Part shown: positions 13,054 through 22,569 of the stretch, piece after piece
Layout: every line of letters starts with the position of its first letter
Numbering within the stretch: the first letter of the stretch is position 1
The notes under the pieces: model-generated
Told to the model about the DNA's origin: nothing
What the model saw: the letters and a program-made list of their open reading frames with translations, nothing else
The model's database searches: none
Made by a program: the position numbers and the translations under genes
DNA from: Desulfovibrionales bacterium
GTDB lineage: Bacteria; Desulfobacterota; Desulfovibrionia; Desulfovibrionales; Desulfovibrionaceae
Assembly: GCA_038248065.1 (NCBI GenBank)
Contig: JBBRUD010000001.1
Span: 22,594 to 86,593, forward strand
Direction: 5' to 3'
Length of the DNA stretch: 64,000 bases

Positions 13054-13640
13054 GCGAGCCCGCCCGTATCCTCCGCGCTACGGGAGTGCGCCACCTCTTC
13101 CCCGTCAATCCCAGTACGCCCGGTGACAACGCTAACCCTGGCGTGAGCGCTCTTGCCTCTCAGCCAGTCGATTGTGCCTCCCTGTTGCTTGAAGATCCCT
13201 GGCCGGGTTTTCTGGCCAAGGTTCCCCCGAATCCACGCTCTTTGTGGACGTATTGGGATCTTGGCGCTGATTTCAGCGGCGCTTCCGATCCCCGCCGGGC
13301 CAACATGCTGCGTCGGCTTTTGGGAGCGCTCGAATTGCCCAAGGGCTTCGTGGGCTTTTGGCCGTGCACGGTCTTGGAACAGAGCGGTCTTGGCGGGCGG
13401 CCCCAAGCTTTTTTGGCGGGCTTGCATCGCATTCGCCCTGTATCTCTGGTGGTTTTCGGCCCTGACTGTTTTGCGCGCCTGTTTGCCTCCACTCCCACTG
13501 CCCTCGCTGATGTTTCTCGCGAAGTAGCACTCTATGACGCTCCCGATATTATGGCTGTGCTGGATTTCGATGATGGCCAAATGGACATGTTCTTGAGAGA
13601 TCTTTCGAATTTTTATGCTTCGTTATTATCCAGAGCGTAA
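13029..13640 (+). CDS. Hypothetical protein
   Basis: Long ORF with a GTG start overlapping the coaBC 3' end by 25 nt. No motif recognised and the start is uncertain. Confidence 0.45.
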   Translation: MDDLSFGLSEPARILRATGVRHLFPVNPSTPGDNANPGVSALASQPVDCASLLLEDPWPGFLAKVPPNPRSLWTYWDLGADFSGASDPRRANMLRRLLGALELPKGFVGFWPCTVLEQSGLGGRPQAFLAGLHRIRPVSLVVFGPDCFARLFASTPTALADVSREVALYDAPDIMAVLDFDDGQMDMFLRDLSNFYASLLSRA

Positions 13641-13783
13641 AAGTCCAGGGCGCGCTGAACCGACTTGGCTTGACAAGGAGGCTTTGCACTCTGTACCTCA
13701 CCTCAAAACTCTCGACAGTGCATGCTGAAAACCGTACCTGGCCGTGATTGCCAAGCAGAGGGTTTTCCACGAAAGGACTGTTC

Positions 13784-14791
13784 ATGAAATTCTTGATCAC
13801 CGGTGCGGCTGGCTTCATCGGCTTTCATCTCAGCAAGCGGCTCCTGGAGATGGGCCATGATGTAGTCGGCTTGGATAACCTCAACGATTATTACAGCGTT
13901 GCTCTGAAAAATGATCGACTCGACATTTTGCGCGCTTATGATCTTTTTACTTTCGTAAAGCTTGACCTAGCCGATACTGCAGGAATGTCCGCCCTCTTCA
14001 CTGAACAGAAGTTCTCCCATGTGGTCAATCTGGCGGCACAGGCCGGAGTCCGATATAGTCTGGAAAATCCCATGGCGTATGTGCAGTCCAACATTGTTGG
14101 TTTCACCAATATTTTGGAAGGCTGCCGGCACAACAAGGTATCCCATCTCATTTTCGCCTCATCGAGCTCTGTGTACGGCTTGAACACCAACATGCCGTTC
14201 TCCGTGCACGACAACGTGGATCATCCTATCAGCCTTTACGCGGCTTCCAAGAAGTCCAACGAGTTGATGGCCCACTCCTACAGCTATCTGTACGGGCTGC
14301 CCTCCACCGGTTTACGGTTCTTCACGGTCTATGGCCCCTGGGGCCGCCCTGACATGGCCTTGTTTCTCTTTGCCAAGGCCATCATTGAAGATCGGCCCAT
14401 TGAGGTATTCAACCACGGCAAGATGCTGCGAGATTTCACGTATATCGACGATATCGTCGAAGGCGTGGTGCGCGTTAGTCTGCGTACGCCCCAGGCCAAT
14501 CCCCAATGGTCCAGCAGTGCGCCTGACCCTGGCTCTAGCCTGTGTCCGTACAAACTCTACAACATCGGCAACAACAACGTGGTGGAGCTGTCTCAGTTCA
14601 TAGAGGCTATTGAAAACGCCTTGGGCAAAAAGGCTGAAAAGATCCTTTTGCCCATACAGCCCGGGGATGTTCCGGCCACGTATGCCAATGTCGACGACCT
14701 GATCAATGATGTTGGTTTCAGGCCTTCCACTTCCATCGAATATGGCATAGAACAGTTCATCAAATGGTATCGGTCCTATTACAAGGTGTGA
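13784..14791 (+). CDS. NAD-dependent nucleotide-sugar epimerase (UDP-glucuronate 4-epimerase-like, SDR family)
   Basis: [16 protein letters not shown] Rossmann motif, SSSSVYG, YAASK catalytic YxxxK. Start trimmed to the ATG at 13784. Confidence 0.85.
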   Translation: MKFLITGAAGFIGFHLSKRLLEMGHDVVGLDNLNDYYSVALKNDRLDILRAYDLFTFVKLDLADTAGMSALFTEQKFSHVVNLAAQAGVRYSLENPMAYVQSNIVGFTNILEGCRHNKVSHLIFASSSSVYGLNTNMPFSVHDNVDHPISLYAASKKSNELMAHSYSYLYGLPSTGLRFFTVYGPWGRPDMALFLFAKAIIEDRPIEVFNHGKMLRDFTYIDDIVEGVVRVSLRTPQANPQWSSSAPDPGSSLCPYKLYNIGNNNVVELSQFIEAIENALGKKAEKILLPIQPGDVPATYANVDDLINDVGFRPSTSIEYGIEQFIKWYRSYYKV

Positions 14792-14867
14792 CGGCTTGAC
14801 AGGGTCAATGTACTTCAGTAGTGCCGCATTGATCCGATCCACAACCGCAGAACGTATATAAGGGTAA

Positions 14868-15164
14868 ATGGCGATGGACTTCCGTGCCTTGAAAGCTTCC
14901 CTGGAGCAGTCGTTTCAAGCTATTCTTGATTCCACCCAAGATGCATTGCTTCCCGACGAAGCACTCGTCAATAAATTTTCCCGCCAGTGCACGCAATTGC
15001 ACATGCAGGCCCAAGAACCCTGGGTTGGTGAGGCGGAGGATTTCGCCCATCTGGCCAACCAGCTTCTTCAAACCGTCAAGAAGGGCAAGCGCGAAGATGC
15101 TATTCGCCTGGTAGATTCCCTTCAGGACGCCCTTGATTTCTGCCACCGGACATTCAAACCCTAG
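14868..15164 (+). CDS. Small helical hypothetical protein (98 aa) with C-terminal ..LDFCHRTFKP
   Basis: ORF with coding-like composition. Its stop codon overlaps the outer arm of the extended palindrome around parS. Confidence 0.5.
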   Translation: MAMDFRALKASLEQSFQAILDSTQDALLPDEALVNKFSRQCTQLHMQAQEPWVGEAEDFAHLANQLLQTVKKGKREDAIRLVDSLQDALDFCHRTFKP

Positions 15165-15166
15165 AC

Positions 15167-15182
15167 TGTTTCACGTGAAACA
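15167..15182. promoter_or_regulatory. parS: parS centromere-like site (perfect TGTTTCACGTGAAACA)
   Basis: Exact 16-bp palindrome matching the widely conserved ParB-binding consensus. Extended to a 22-bp perfect palindrome GACTGTTTCACGTGAAACAGTC at 15164-15185. Lies 27 bp upstream of the parA ATG. Confidence 0.85.
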
Positions 15183-15208
15183 GTCCGTCCCCCCGGAGGA
15201 CGCTGCCC

Positions 15209-15976
15209 ATGGCCCGTTGCCTTGTTATCGCCAACCAGAAAGGCGGGGTGGGTAAAACCACCACGGCCGTGAATTTGGCCGCCGCTCTGGCGGTGATGGA
15301 AAAGAAGACCCTGCTGATCGATTGCGATCCGCAGGCCAATGCTTCCAGCGGGCTTGGCGTCTACCCCGAGAATGTCACGGTCAATCTCTACAATGTGCTC
15401 TACGAGCCCGAGAGGGCGCAGGAGGCGGTCCATGAGACCAGCATGCCCTTCCTGCACGTCTTGCCCTCCTGTTCAGACCTGGTGGCCGCTGATATCGAAC
15501 TGGTTGATAAGGCCGGACGGGAGAACTACCTGCGCGAGGTGGTCAATGTCCTGGCGGACCAGTACGACTTTATTCTGCTCGATTGTCCTCCTTCTCTGGG
15601 CCTGGTGACCCTGAACGCCTTGTGCGCCGCCACGGAGTTGCTGGTGCCCCTGCAATGCGAATATTACGCCCTTGAAGGCGTGGCCCAGCTGCTGAAAACC
15701 TACGAGTTGGTGCGCAAACGCTTCAACACCCGGCTGCAACTGTTGGGCGTGGTCATGACCATGTACGACGGCCGCAACAAGCTCAACCGCCACGTCAAGC
15801 GTGAGATTCGCAAGTGTTTTCCAAAACACCATTTTGAGACCCTTATCCCGCGCAACGTGCGGGTGTCCGAAGCGCCCAGTTATGGGCAATCGGTCATCAC
15901 CTACGATGTGAAGTCCAAGGGTGCGGAATCGTATATCGCCCTGGCCAAGGAAGTCGTCTGCCGCTTGCCGTTTTAA
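15209..15976 (+). CDS. parA: Chromosome partitioning ATPase ParA/Soj
   Basis: Deviant Walker A IANQKGGVGKTTTAVNLA, DCPPSLG, VPRNVRVSEAPSYG-type C-terminal region. Confidence 0.93.
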   Translation: MARCLVIANQKGGVGKTTTAVNLAAALAVMEKKTLLIDCDPQANASSGLGVYPENVTVNLYNVLYEPERAQEAVHETSMPFLHVLPSCSDLVAADIELVDKAGRENYLREVVNVLADQYDFILLDCPPSLGLVTLNALCAATELLVPLQCEYYALEGVAQLLKTYELVRKRFNTRLQLLGVVMTMYDGRNKLNRHVKREIRKCFPKHHFETLIPRNVRVSEAPSYGQSVITYDVKSKGAESYIALAKEVVCRLPF

Positions 15977-15997
15977 GGGGCAGAAATTTTGACCAAT

Positions 15998-16033
15998 AAA
16001 AAGGCGGCGATCTTATGGGATCGCCGCCTTTTT
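15998..16033. terminator. Bidirectional rho-independent terminator between the convergent parA and 16093-16509 genes
   Basis: AAAAA-GGCGGCGATC-TTATGG-GATCGCCGCC-TTTTT: 10-bp perfect GC-rich stem flanked by an A-run and a T-run. Confidence 0.8.
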
Positions 16034-16092
16034 GCGTGTGGTGGGGGCCGCCAAGTCAAGCTCGCCCCTGCCACACGCCGGGTATACCGTTG

Positions 16093-16509
16093 TTAGGCTA
16101 CGTAGGGGCGGCACTCCACATCAACATGCTTCTTGAAGTGCTTTTTGAGGATGCGCGCCTTGCACTGCTGGCACTCGAAGTTTAAAAGGCCGGACAGTGT
16201 GGCCGAGCGCAGGCGGAATTTGCGGGGTTCGTCTTCCTTCCAGTTCTCCGTAGTGCTGCTGCAATTGGAGCACAGCACGTCGTAAGGCATGGGATACTGG
16301 AAATCCCAGTATTTCAACAGGGTCTCCAAGGCCTCCATGGGTTCGGGAAGCTCGACCACGCGCGCAGGGTCCAGCTCTTCCAAGGCCACATCGATGATTG
16401 GTGAGATGGCCTTTTCGGTTTTGGCCCAAAGCTCCGGGCTCATGAGGATGCCGATGACTTTGCGGTCATGGTCGTACAGGAAAGTGAAATGCTCGGGAAA
16501 TACGGACAC
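16093..16509 (-). CDS. Hypothetical protein with an antitoxin-like N-terminus and a C-terminal Cys4 zinc-ribbon-like motif
   Basis: GGAGG RBS followed by a GTG at 16509. Product VSVFPEHFTFLYDHDRKVIGILMSPELW.. then CSNC..(27 aa)..CQQC. The track ORF (16093-17280) over-extends antisense into parB. Confidence 0.6.
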   Translation of the reverse strand: MSVFPEHFTFLYDHDRKVIGILMSPELWAKTEKAISPIIDVALEELDPARVVELPEPMEALETLLKYWDFQYPMPYDVLCSNCSSTTENWKEDEPRKFRLRSATLSGLLNFECQQCKARILKKHFKKHVDVECRPYVA

Positions 16510-16608
16510 GTTCTGCCTCCGGGGAATCGGTTGCCATAGCTGAGGGCTTAAGGGTAAGGGGTTGAGGGATGAAGTCAAGCGGTGATCGCCGCACCTGGGG
16601 AGGATGAC

Positions 16609-17514
16609 ATGGCTGGAGCCAGAGGTTTGGGAAGAGGGCTGGATGTGTTGCTCAAGGGAATGACTGTTGACCGTGACAGTCATGAGGTGCTCATGCTGAA
16701 GCTGGATGACGTGCGCCCCAATCCCAGGCAGCCGCGTCTGGAGTTTTCCCAGGAAGCGTTGGACGATCTGGCCAGTTCCATCCGGGAGCAGGGGGTTATT
16801 CAGCCCATTCTGGTGCGCAATGCCGGATCGTTGCACGGCTACGAACTGGTGGCTGGCGAACGGCGATTGCGGGCCAGCAAGTTGGCAGGGCTGACCGAAA
16901 TACCGGCCATCGTTCGCGAAGTCACCGACGAGCAGAGCCTGGCGCTGGCTCTGATCGAGAATCTGCAACGCGAGAATCTTAATGCCCTGGAAGAAGCCAA
17001 GGGCATGGACCAGTTGCTGCACTCCTTTGGCCTCAGCCAGGAGGCCCTGGCCAAACGGGTTGGCAAAAGCCGCTCCGCTGTGGCCAACAGCCTGCGCCTG
17101 CTCCAGCTGTCCGCAGAGATTCAGGAAAGCCTGTCCTCGGAGGCCATCAGCGCTGGCCACGCCAGATCCTTGCTGGCCGTGGCCGACGAAGGCGCGCGTA
17201 CCGAATTGTGGCGGCGCATTGTGAACTTTGGCATGTCTGTGCGCGACGCCGAAGCTCAAGCCGGGTATTTCAAGGAGCACGGCGCGTTGCCCGAAACGGG
17301 GCAGCCCTCGCTGCCGTCAGTTGCGCCGGGCCGGAGAAAGTCCGCCCTGCCTCAAGAACTTGCCACCTTGCAGGAACGCCTGCGTGGCCATTTCGGCTTG
17401 AAAGTCAGTGTGGGGGGCGACCTGGGGCGAGGCAAAGTGACCATCAGTTTCGGCTCATCCGAGGAACTCAAAGAGTTGCTGGCCAAGTGGGGGTTGGACG
17501 ATGGCCCCATCTAG
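16609..17514 (+). CDS. parB: Chromosome partitioning protein ParB/Spo0J
   Basis: RGLGRGLDVLL, NPRQPRLEFSQEALDDLASSIREQGVIQPILVR, GERRLRASKLAGL, HTH region. GGAGGA RBS before the ATG at 16609. Confidence 0.93.
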   Translation: MAGARGLGRGLDVLLKGMTVDRDSHEVLMLKLDDVRPNPRQPRLEFSQEALDDLASSIREQGVIQPILVRNAGSLHGYELVAGERRLRASKLAGLTEIPAIVREVTDEQSLALALIENLQRENLNALEEAKGMDQLLHSFGLSQEALAKRVGKSRSAVANSLRLLQLSAEIQESLSSEAISAGHARSLLAVADEGARTELWRRIVNFGMSVRDAEAQAGYFKEHGALPETGQPSLPSVAPGRRKSALPQELATLQERLRGHFGLKVSVGGDLGRGKVTISFGSSEELKELLAKWGLDDGPI

Positions 17515-18562
17515 TTCCGCCCTGGCCGGGGCGCGGCCGGGCCTGGAACCCCAGGCGCTGGTGACAGCCGTGCGCAACATGGCCGGCACCCCGGTGCTGG
17601 TGCTGGGCGACGTGATGCTGGACCATTATCTGGCAGGCGAGGTGGAGCGCATATCTCCCGAAGCCCCGGTGCCGGTTCTTCAAGTGGAAAGCGAGCGCCA
17701 CTTGTTGGGCGGCGCAGGCAACGTGGCGCGCAATATTGCCGCACTGGGAGGCAAGCCGGTGCTGGTCTCAGTGGTGGGGGACGACGATCCGGGCCGGGCC
17801 ATTGGCGGCCTGTTGGCCAAGGAGGACATCCCCAGCCACCTGCTGGTGGAGCCCAAACGCCAGACTACCATCAAAACCCGTATCATCGCCCGCAATCAGC
17901 AGCTCGTCCGGGTTGACCGGGAGCAGATTCGCCCTGTGGAGGGCGGCAGCCTGGAGGGTTTGCGGGCCATACTGGCGGAATTGCTGCCCAGGTTCGCCAT
18001 GGTGGTGGTTTCGGATTATGGCAAGGGCGTGGTGAACCAGGCAGTCATGGACGCATTGCGTCAGACCATGGCGGGCATGCCCTCGCCTCCCAAAGTGCTG
18101 GTGGACCCCAAAGTGGTCAATACCGCCGTGTATGCCGGGGTGGACGTGCTGACCCCCAACGCCAAGGAAGCTGGCGAAATGGCTGGGTTCAAGGTGCAAG
18201 GGCAGGCCGGGGTCATCAAGGCCGGGCTGGCTCTTTTCAAGCGGCTGCGGTGCAAGCAGCTGTGCATCACTTTGGGGCCGGAGGGTCTGGCCCTGTTTGA
18301 AGCTCCGGGACTGGTGGTCCATGTGCCCACTGTGGCCAGAAAGGTATTTGATGTCACGGGTGCAGGTGATACCGTCATAGCGTCGCTGGCTTTGGGTCTG
18401 GCTTCAGGGCTTGATCTGACGCAGGCGGGGGTGGTGGCCAATTTCGCAGCTGGCATAGTCGTGGGCCAGGTGGGCACGGCAACGGCTTCCCCAGAAGAAG
18501 TATCAGCAGCCATTCTCGCTCAACCGGCTGCGGAAGTGGAAACTTGGCTCAATATCGCATGA
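17501..18562 (+). CDS. D-glycero-beta-D-manno-heptose-7-phosphate kinase (RfaE domain I / PfkB-family carbohydrate kinase)
   Basis: VLVLGDVMLDHYLAGEVERISPEAPVPVL, GGAGNVARNIAALGG, C-terminal DVTGAGDT. Overlaps the parB stop. Confidence 0.85.
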   Translation: MAPSSSALAGARPGLEPQALVTAVRNMAGTPVLVLGDVMLDHYLAGEVERISPEAPVPVLQVESERHLLGGAGNVARNIAALGGKPVLVSVVGDDDPGRAIGGLLAKEDIPSHLLVEPKRQTTIKTRIIARNQQLVRVDREQIRPVEGGSLEGLRAILAELLPRFAMVVVSDYGKGVVNQAVMDALRQTMAGMPSPPKVLVDPKVVNTAVYAGVDVLTPNAKEAGEMAGFKVQGQAGVIKAGLALFKRLRCKQLCITLGPEGLALFEAPGLVVHVPTVARKVFDVTGAGDTVIASLALGLASGLDLTQAGVVANFAAGIVVGQVGTATASPEEVSAAILAQPAAEVETWLNIA

Positions 18563-18574
18563 GGTGCGCAATTT

Positions 18575-18895
18575 ATGTCCACTGATGACGAAAGTTCACT
18601 CTGGCAAGCAACGATTGATCCCACCACTGGGATGGCAGTGCTCAACGGCGAGTTCGATTTTTCCAATTCAACGCAGATTCGTGCGTGGCTGCATGATTTC
18701 TGCCAGACCCGCAGCGGAAATATTGATCTTGATCTGGCCAAAGTCAGCTACATCGACAGTTCCGGTCTGGCTGTGCTCATCGAATTGCGCAAGCACCTGC
18801 GGACCCAAAATCGTACCATTCGCATCAGCTCGGCGTCTGAGCAGGTTCGCAAACTGTTCAGCCTGACCCAGATCGGCGATCTTTTCGGCATCTAG
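18575..18895 (+). CDS. STAS-domain protein (MlaB / anti-sigma-antagonist-like)
   Basis: LDLAKVSYIDSSGLAVLIELRKHL..IRISSASEQVRKLFSLTQIGDLF is a canonical STAS pattern. Confidence 0.8.
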   Translation: MSTDDESSLWQATIDPTTGMAVLNGEFDFSNSTQIRAWLHDFCQTRSGNIDLDLAKVSYIDSSGLAVLIELRKHLRTQNRTIRISSASEQVRKLFSLTQIGDLFGI

Positions 18896-18904
18896 GCGGG
18901 GCAT

Positions 18905-19654
18905 GTGGCAGGCGACTGGGAACAACTGACCTGGCTGATCAACCGCCTGCTGGGCTGCGCAGCCCACCCTTTTTCCAAAAGACCCTATCTGCGGTGGCAG
19001 AGCGTGCGCCACTTCGCCTGGATAGGGGCCGGGTCGCTGCCTATCGTCACCGTCATCGCGGCCTGCACGGGCATCATCCTGGCCCTGCAATCGGCTCAAC
19101 AGCTTGAAAAGGTTGGAGCGCTCTCCTACGTTGCCAATCTGGTCGGGGTCAGCATCATCAATGCTCTGGGGCCGCTGCTGACCGCCTTGATTCTGGCAGG
19201 CCGGGCCGGAGCGGCCTTCACCGCAGAAATAGCCACCATGAAGATTTCCGACGAGATCGACGCCCTGGAAGTTATGGGCATCGATGCGGTGCGCTTTCTT
19301 GTCTGGCCCAAATTTCTGGCCATGCTGGTCATGGCCCCTATGCTAACGGTCTGGGCCGATTTTGTGGGCATTTTGTCCGGCGGTATTTTCTCCTGCACGG
19401 CACTGGGCCTTTCCGGCCTGGGCTACTACGAGCAGACCGTGAGCTTCCTGCAACTGCGCGGTCTGTTTTTCGGACTGGTCAAAAGCGTGGGCTTCGGCAT
19501 GGTCATCACCATCATCGGTTGCTGGCAAGGCCTTCTGGCCAAGGAGGGGGCCTCGGATGTGGGCAACAGAACCACACGCTCCGTGGTGCAGTCGATTTTC
19601 ATGATTGTGCTGCTCGATCTGTTCTTTACCGCCCTCATTTACCTGGTGCGCTGA
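18905..19654 (+). CDS. mlaE: MlaE-family ABC transporter permease
   Basis: Typical MlaE/Ttg2B sequence (GAGSLPIV, RAGAAFTAEIATMKISDEIDALEVMGID). Confidence 0.88.
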   Translation: MAGDWEQLTWLINRLLGCAAHPFSKRPYLRWQSVRHFAWIGAGSLPIVTVIAACTGIILALQSAQQLEKVGALSYVANLVGVSIINALGPLLTALILAGRAGAAFTAEIATMKISDEIDALEVMGIDAVRFLVWPKFLAMLVMAPMLTVWADFVGILSGGIFSCTALGLSGLGYYEQTVSFLQLRGLFFGLVKSVGFGMVITIIGCWQGLLAKEGASDVGNRTTRSVVQSIFMIVLLDLFFTALIYLVR

Positions 19655-19655
19655 C

Positions 19656-20456
19656 ATGACTTCCTCCTGGACTACCTCCCACGAATCTCCATCCATCACT
19701 CTGGAGGGTGTGGGTCTGAGTTACGGTCGCCACGCAGTCTTGCAGGATGTCAACGCGGTTTTGCCTGCGGGGAAAATTTCCGTTATATTGGGTGGTTCCG
19801 GGGGAGGAAAATCCACGCTCCTCAGGTCCATCCTGGGGTTGTTGAAGCCCACAAGCGGACAAGTGCTCATCGGCGGGGCAAATATCTACACGCAGGACCA
19901 GGCTCAGTTGCGTCGCATCCGCAAACGCATGGGGGTGCTTTTCCAGGACGGCGCGTTGTTGGGTTCGCTGCCCTTGTGCGAGAACATCGCCTTGCCCATG
20001 CGCGAGCATACCACCCTTGACGAGCAGCTCATTGAAACCATGGTCAGGATGAAACTCAGTATGGTGGGGTTGGAAGGATTCATGGACTATTTCCCCAACC
20101 AGCTCTCGGGTGGCATGCGCAAGCGGGGCGGACTGGCTCGGGCTCTGGCTCTGGATCCCCGCGTTCTCTTGTGTGACGAGCCCACCTCCGGGCTCGACCC
20201 CATTACGGCGGCGGATCTGGACCAACTTATCCTTGAACTGCGCGAGGCCTTCGGCATGACCATCGTGGTGGTTTCCCACGATCTGGCCAGCATGTTCGCC
20301 ATTGCAGACCACGTGGTAGTGCTCAACAAGGGACGCATGATCTTTCAGGGCGATACCAAGGCACTGATGGCCAGCGGGGACGAGTTTTTGCAACAGTTTC
20401 TGGAACGCAGGCCCAATTTACACCGGCAGATGAACGCGAACAATTTCGCTACATAG
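19656..20456 (+). CDS. mlaF: MlaF-family ABC transporter ATP-binding protein
   Basis: Walker A GGSGGGKST, signature LSGGMRKRGGLARAL, Walker B LLCDEPTSGLD. Start trimmed to the ATG at 19656. Confidence 0.9.
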   Translation: MTSSWTTSHESPSITLEGVGLSYGRHAVLQDVNAVLPAGKISVILGGSGGGKSTLLRSILGLLKPTSGQVLIGGANIYTQDQAQLRRIRKRMGVLFQDGALLGSLPLCENIALPMREHTTLDEQLIETMVRMKLSMVGLEGFMDYFPNQLSGGMRKRGGLARALALDPRVLLCDEPTSGLDPITAADLDQLILELREAFGMTIVVVSHDLASMFAIADHVVVLNKGRMIFQGDTKALMASGDEFLQQFLERRPNLHRQMNANNFAT

Positions 20457-20578
20457 TCGGCAAGTACCGTTGGTGCCATGGTCTTTTGACTACGCCGGAA
20501 AAATGTTTGAATTTATGTGCACATGCCCTAGTCTTGGACGTCACTGACGCGTTTGAGCCCACAAGGAGGAGAGCAAGC

Positions 20579-21520
20579 ATGTTTTCCAAGTCGGCACACT
20601 TCAAGGATACCTTCCGGGCCAGCCTGGCACTGGCCGCGTGTGTGCTGATACTGGGCGTATTCGTGATCATCCTGGGCGGGTTCAGGTTCTGGGAGACACT
20701 TGATCTCTACACCCTGCGTTTTCAAAGCGTGAAGGATCTCTCCACGGGCCGTCCGGTGAAATACGGCGGCCTGGATGTTGGGCGCATTCTGGCCATCGGC
20801 GTCGATCCCGACGACCCTCGAATGATCCGCGTGACCATCGGTCTGCGCGAACGCATCCACCTGCATCAGGGGGTTGTGGCCAGAATTGCGCAGAAAGGGC
20901 TCGTAGGCGATTATTACGTGTTTCTGGACCCTCAGGGTCAACCGGGGCACGTTATTCCCCCTGGATCGATCCTTCCCACGGCCGAATCCGTGGACATGTC
21001 ACAACTTGCAGGACTGGCCGGTGAATTCCTTCGAGACCTGCGCCCTCGCCTGGAACACATCACCCAAAACATCGAGGCCCTGCTCAACCAGGAAAACACC
21101 CAACGCATTTCCGACCTGCTGATCAAAACTCCGGTGTTGGTTGATGAGCTGCGGAAAACGGCTGCACAGGTGCAGAAGGATTTTTCAACCCTGGCTGGCA
21201 GCGGCAAGGGAGCGGCCGAAGCGGCTCGTCAGACTCTGAACGCCTTGAATGCCTCGACGGGCAAACTTACCGGCGAGCTGGAACGCACCCTGGCCGATGT
21301 GCGGGCAGAAGTGCACCAGGTGGGCGTGCTCACTGGCGATATGCACAAAGCCGTGCGCTACGATCAGGCCCAGTTGGAGGACATATTGGAAAATGTGGAA
21401 CGGGTAAGCACGGATCTCAAGCATCTGGCCGCCAAATTGCGCGATAGACCCTGGGAAGCCATCAGCCCGCCCAAGGAACGTTTGCCCCGGCCATCCCAGC
21501 CCACAAGGGGGACGCCATGA
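20579..21520 (+). CDS. mlaD: MlaD/MCE-family substrate-binding protein
   Basis: N-terminal TM, then an MCE domain (YTLRFQSVKDLSTGRPVKYGGLDVGRI), then a helical C-terminal extension. GGAGGAG RBS before the ATG at 20579. Confidence 0.85.
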   Translation: MFSKSAHFKDTFRASLALAACVLILGVFVIILGGFRFWETLDLYTLRFQSVKDLSTGRPVKYGGLDVGRILAIGVDPDDPRMIRVTIGLRERIHLHQGVVARIAQKGLVGDYYVFLDPQGQPGHVIPPGSILPTAESVDMSQLAGLAGEFLRDLRPRLEHITQNIEALLNQENTQRISDLLIKTPVLVDELRKTAAQVQKDFSTLAGSGKGAAEAARQTLNALNASTGKLTGELERTLADVRAEVHQVGVLTGDMHKAVRYDQAQLEDILENVERVSTDLKHLAAKLRDRPWEAISPPKERLPRPSQPTRGTP

Positions 21521-22173
21521 GCGGTATCGGGCGGACGGGCTATGGGCTTGTTGCGCTGGCCGCTTTTGCCTGTCTGGCTTTGGGCGGGTGCCTTGGCAAG
21601 CCTTCTCCTGTCGAGGAGTACCTGCGGGTGCTCGGGCAGGGCGGGGGATGCGCCGCTTCGGCCAATGTGCAGCCAGGTGCAGCCTCCGGGCAAAACCGCG
21701 AGATCGTGGCCGTAAAGACGTTCAAGGCTTCCGAATCCCTCGACAGGCAGGCGGTTATGCTGGCTGCCGGGCGTGTGCTCACGCCGAGCCTGCGTTGGTA
21801 CTGGGAAGCCTCGCCTGGGCCTTTGTCGAGCCAGGCCATCGCCGGGGAACTCAACTGCTCCAGTCGTCTGGCTGCGGTGTGGCCTATGCGTTCGGGAACC
21901 AAAGCGGCCAAGGTGCTGGCCGGTCAGGTCACCGCCTTCGAGGTGCAGACCCAGGGCATGCAGGTGCGCATCGCGGTGCGCTGCCAGCTTTGGGACGGCG
22001 AGGAGACCAAAGTGCTGGCTGTGCGCGATTTTGAGGCCGTTGCGCCCGTAGCAGAGCTTACTTCCCAAGCCGTTGCCGGGAGCGGAGCATCTGCCTTGGC
22101 GACGCTTTCCGGCCAGATCAGGGCCTGGGTGGAACTGATTGGGGTTCCGGCAGGCACCGCCTCTGTGCAATAA
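21517..22173 (+). CDS. Lipoprotein, ABC-transport auxiliary component-like
   Basis: Lipobox LALGGC. Position immediately after mlaD, overlapping by 4 nt, is typical of the auxiliary lipoprotein of MCE systems. Confidence 0.6.
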   Translation: MSGIGRTGYGLVALAAFACLALGGCLGKPSPVEEYLRVLGQGGGCAASANVQPGAASGQNREIVAVKTFKASESLDRQAVMLAAGRVLTPSLRWYWEASPGPLSSQAIAGELNCSSRLAAVWPMRSGTKAAKVLAGQVTAFEVQTQGMQVRIAVRCQLWDGEETKVLAVRDFEAVAPVAELTSQAVAGSGASALATLSGQIRAWVELIGVPAGTASVQ

Positions 22174-22179
22174 GGACAT

Positions 22180-22569
22180 GTGATGTTCAGGGCCATTGGA
22201 ATAATCGCTGAGCAGCGCATCTGCGAGGCCATGGAGAAGGGCGAGTTCGACAATCTTGAGGGGAGCGGCAAGCCGCTTGATCTTGCCAGCGACGCCAATA
22301 TCCCTGAAGAACTGCGCATGGCCTGGAAGCTTCTCAAGAACGCGGGATACGCTCAGGCGGAACCAGCCGCCGGGCAGCCGTTCTCGGTTGAGGATTTTCT
22401 TTCAGGCAACCCGGACGAGCAACGGCAGGTGTTGGCTATGCGCAAATGCGGGGTTCTCCTTTCGCGCATGGGCTTGGACGAAAGCCGCCGGAAGCAGCTT
22501 GAGGACCAGCCGGAATATTTTTCCAGAATAGTGTCCCGGGTTCCCGTGGCCCGCAAGGAGGAGCGTTGA
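22180..22569 (+). CDS. DUF1992 (DnaJC28-like) protein
   Basis: IAEQRICEAMEKGEFDNLEGSGKPLDL..IPEELRMAWKLLKNAGY is the conserved DUF1992 signature. Confidence 0.7.
   Translation: MMFRAIGIIAEQRICEAMEKGEFDNLEGSGKPLDLASDANIPEELRMAWKLLKNAGYAQAEPAAGQPFSVEDFLSGNPDEQRQVLAMRKCGVLLSRMGLDESRRKQLEDQPEYFSRIVSRVPVARKEER

Noticed and set aside
16510-17280. N-terminal 257 codons of the 395-aa minus-strand ORF 16093-17280
   Set aside because: This part is antisense to parB and low-complexity. A GGAGG RBS with a GTG start at 16509 gives a compact 139-codon gene in the parA-parB gap.
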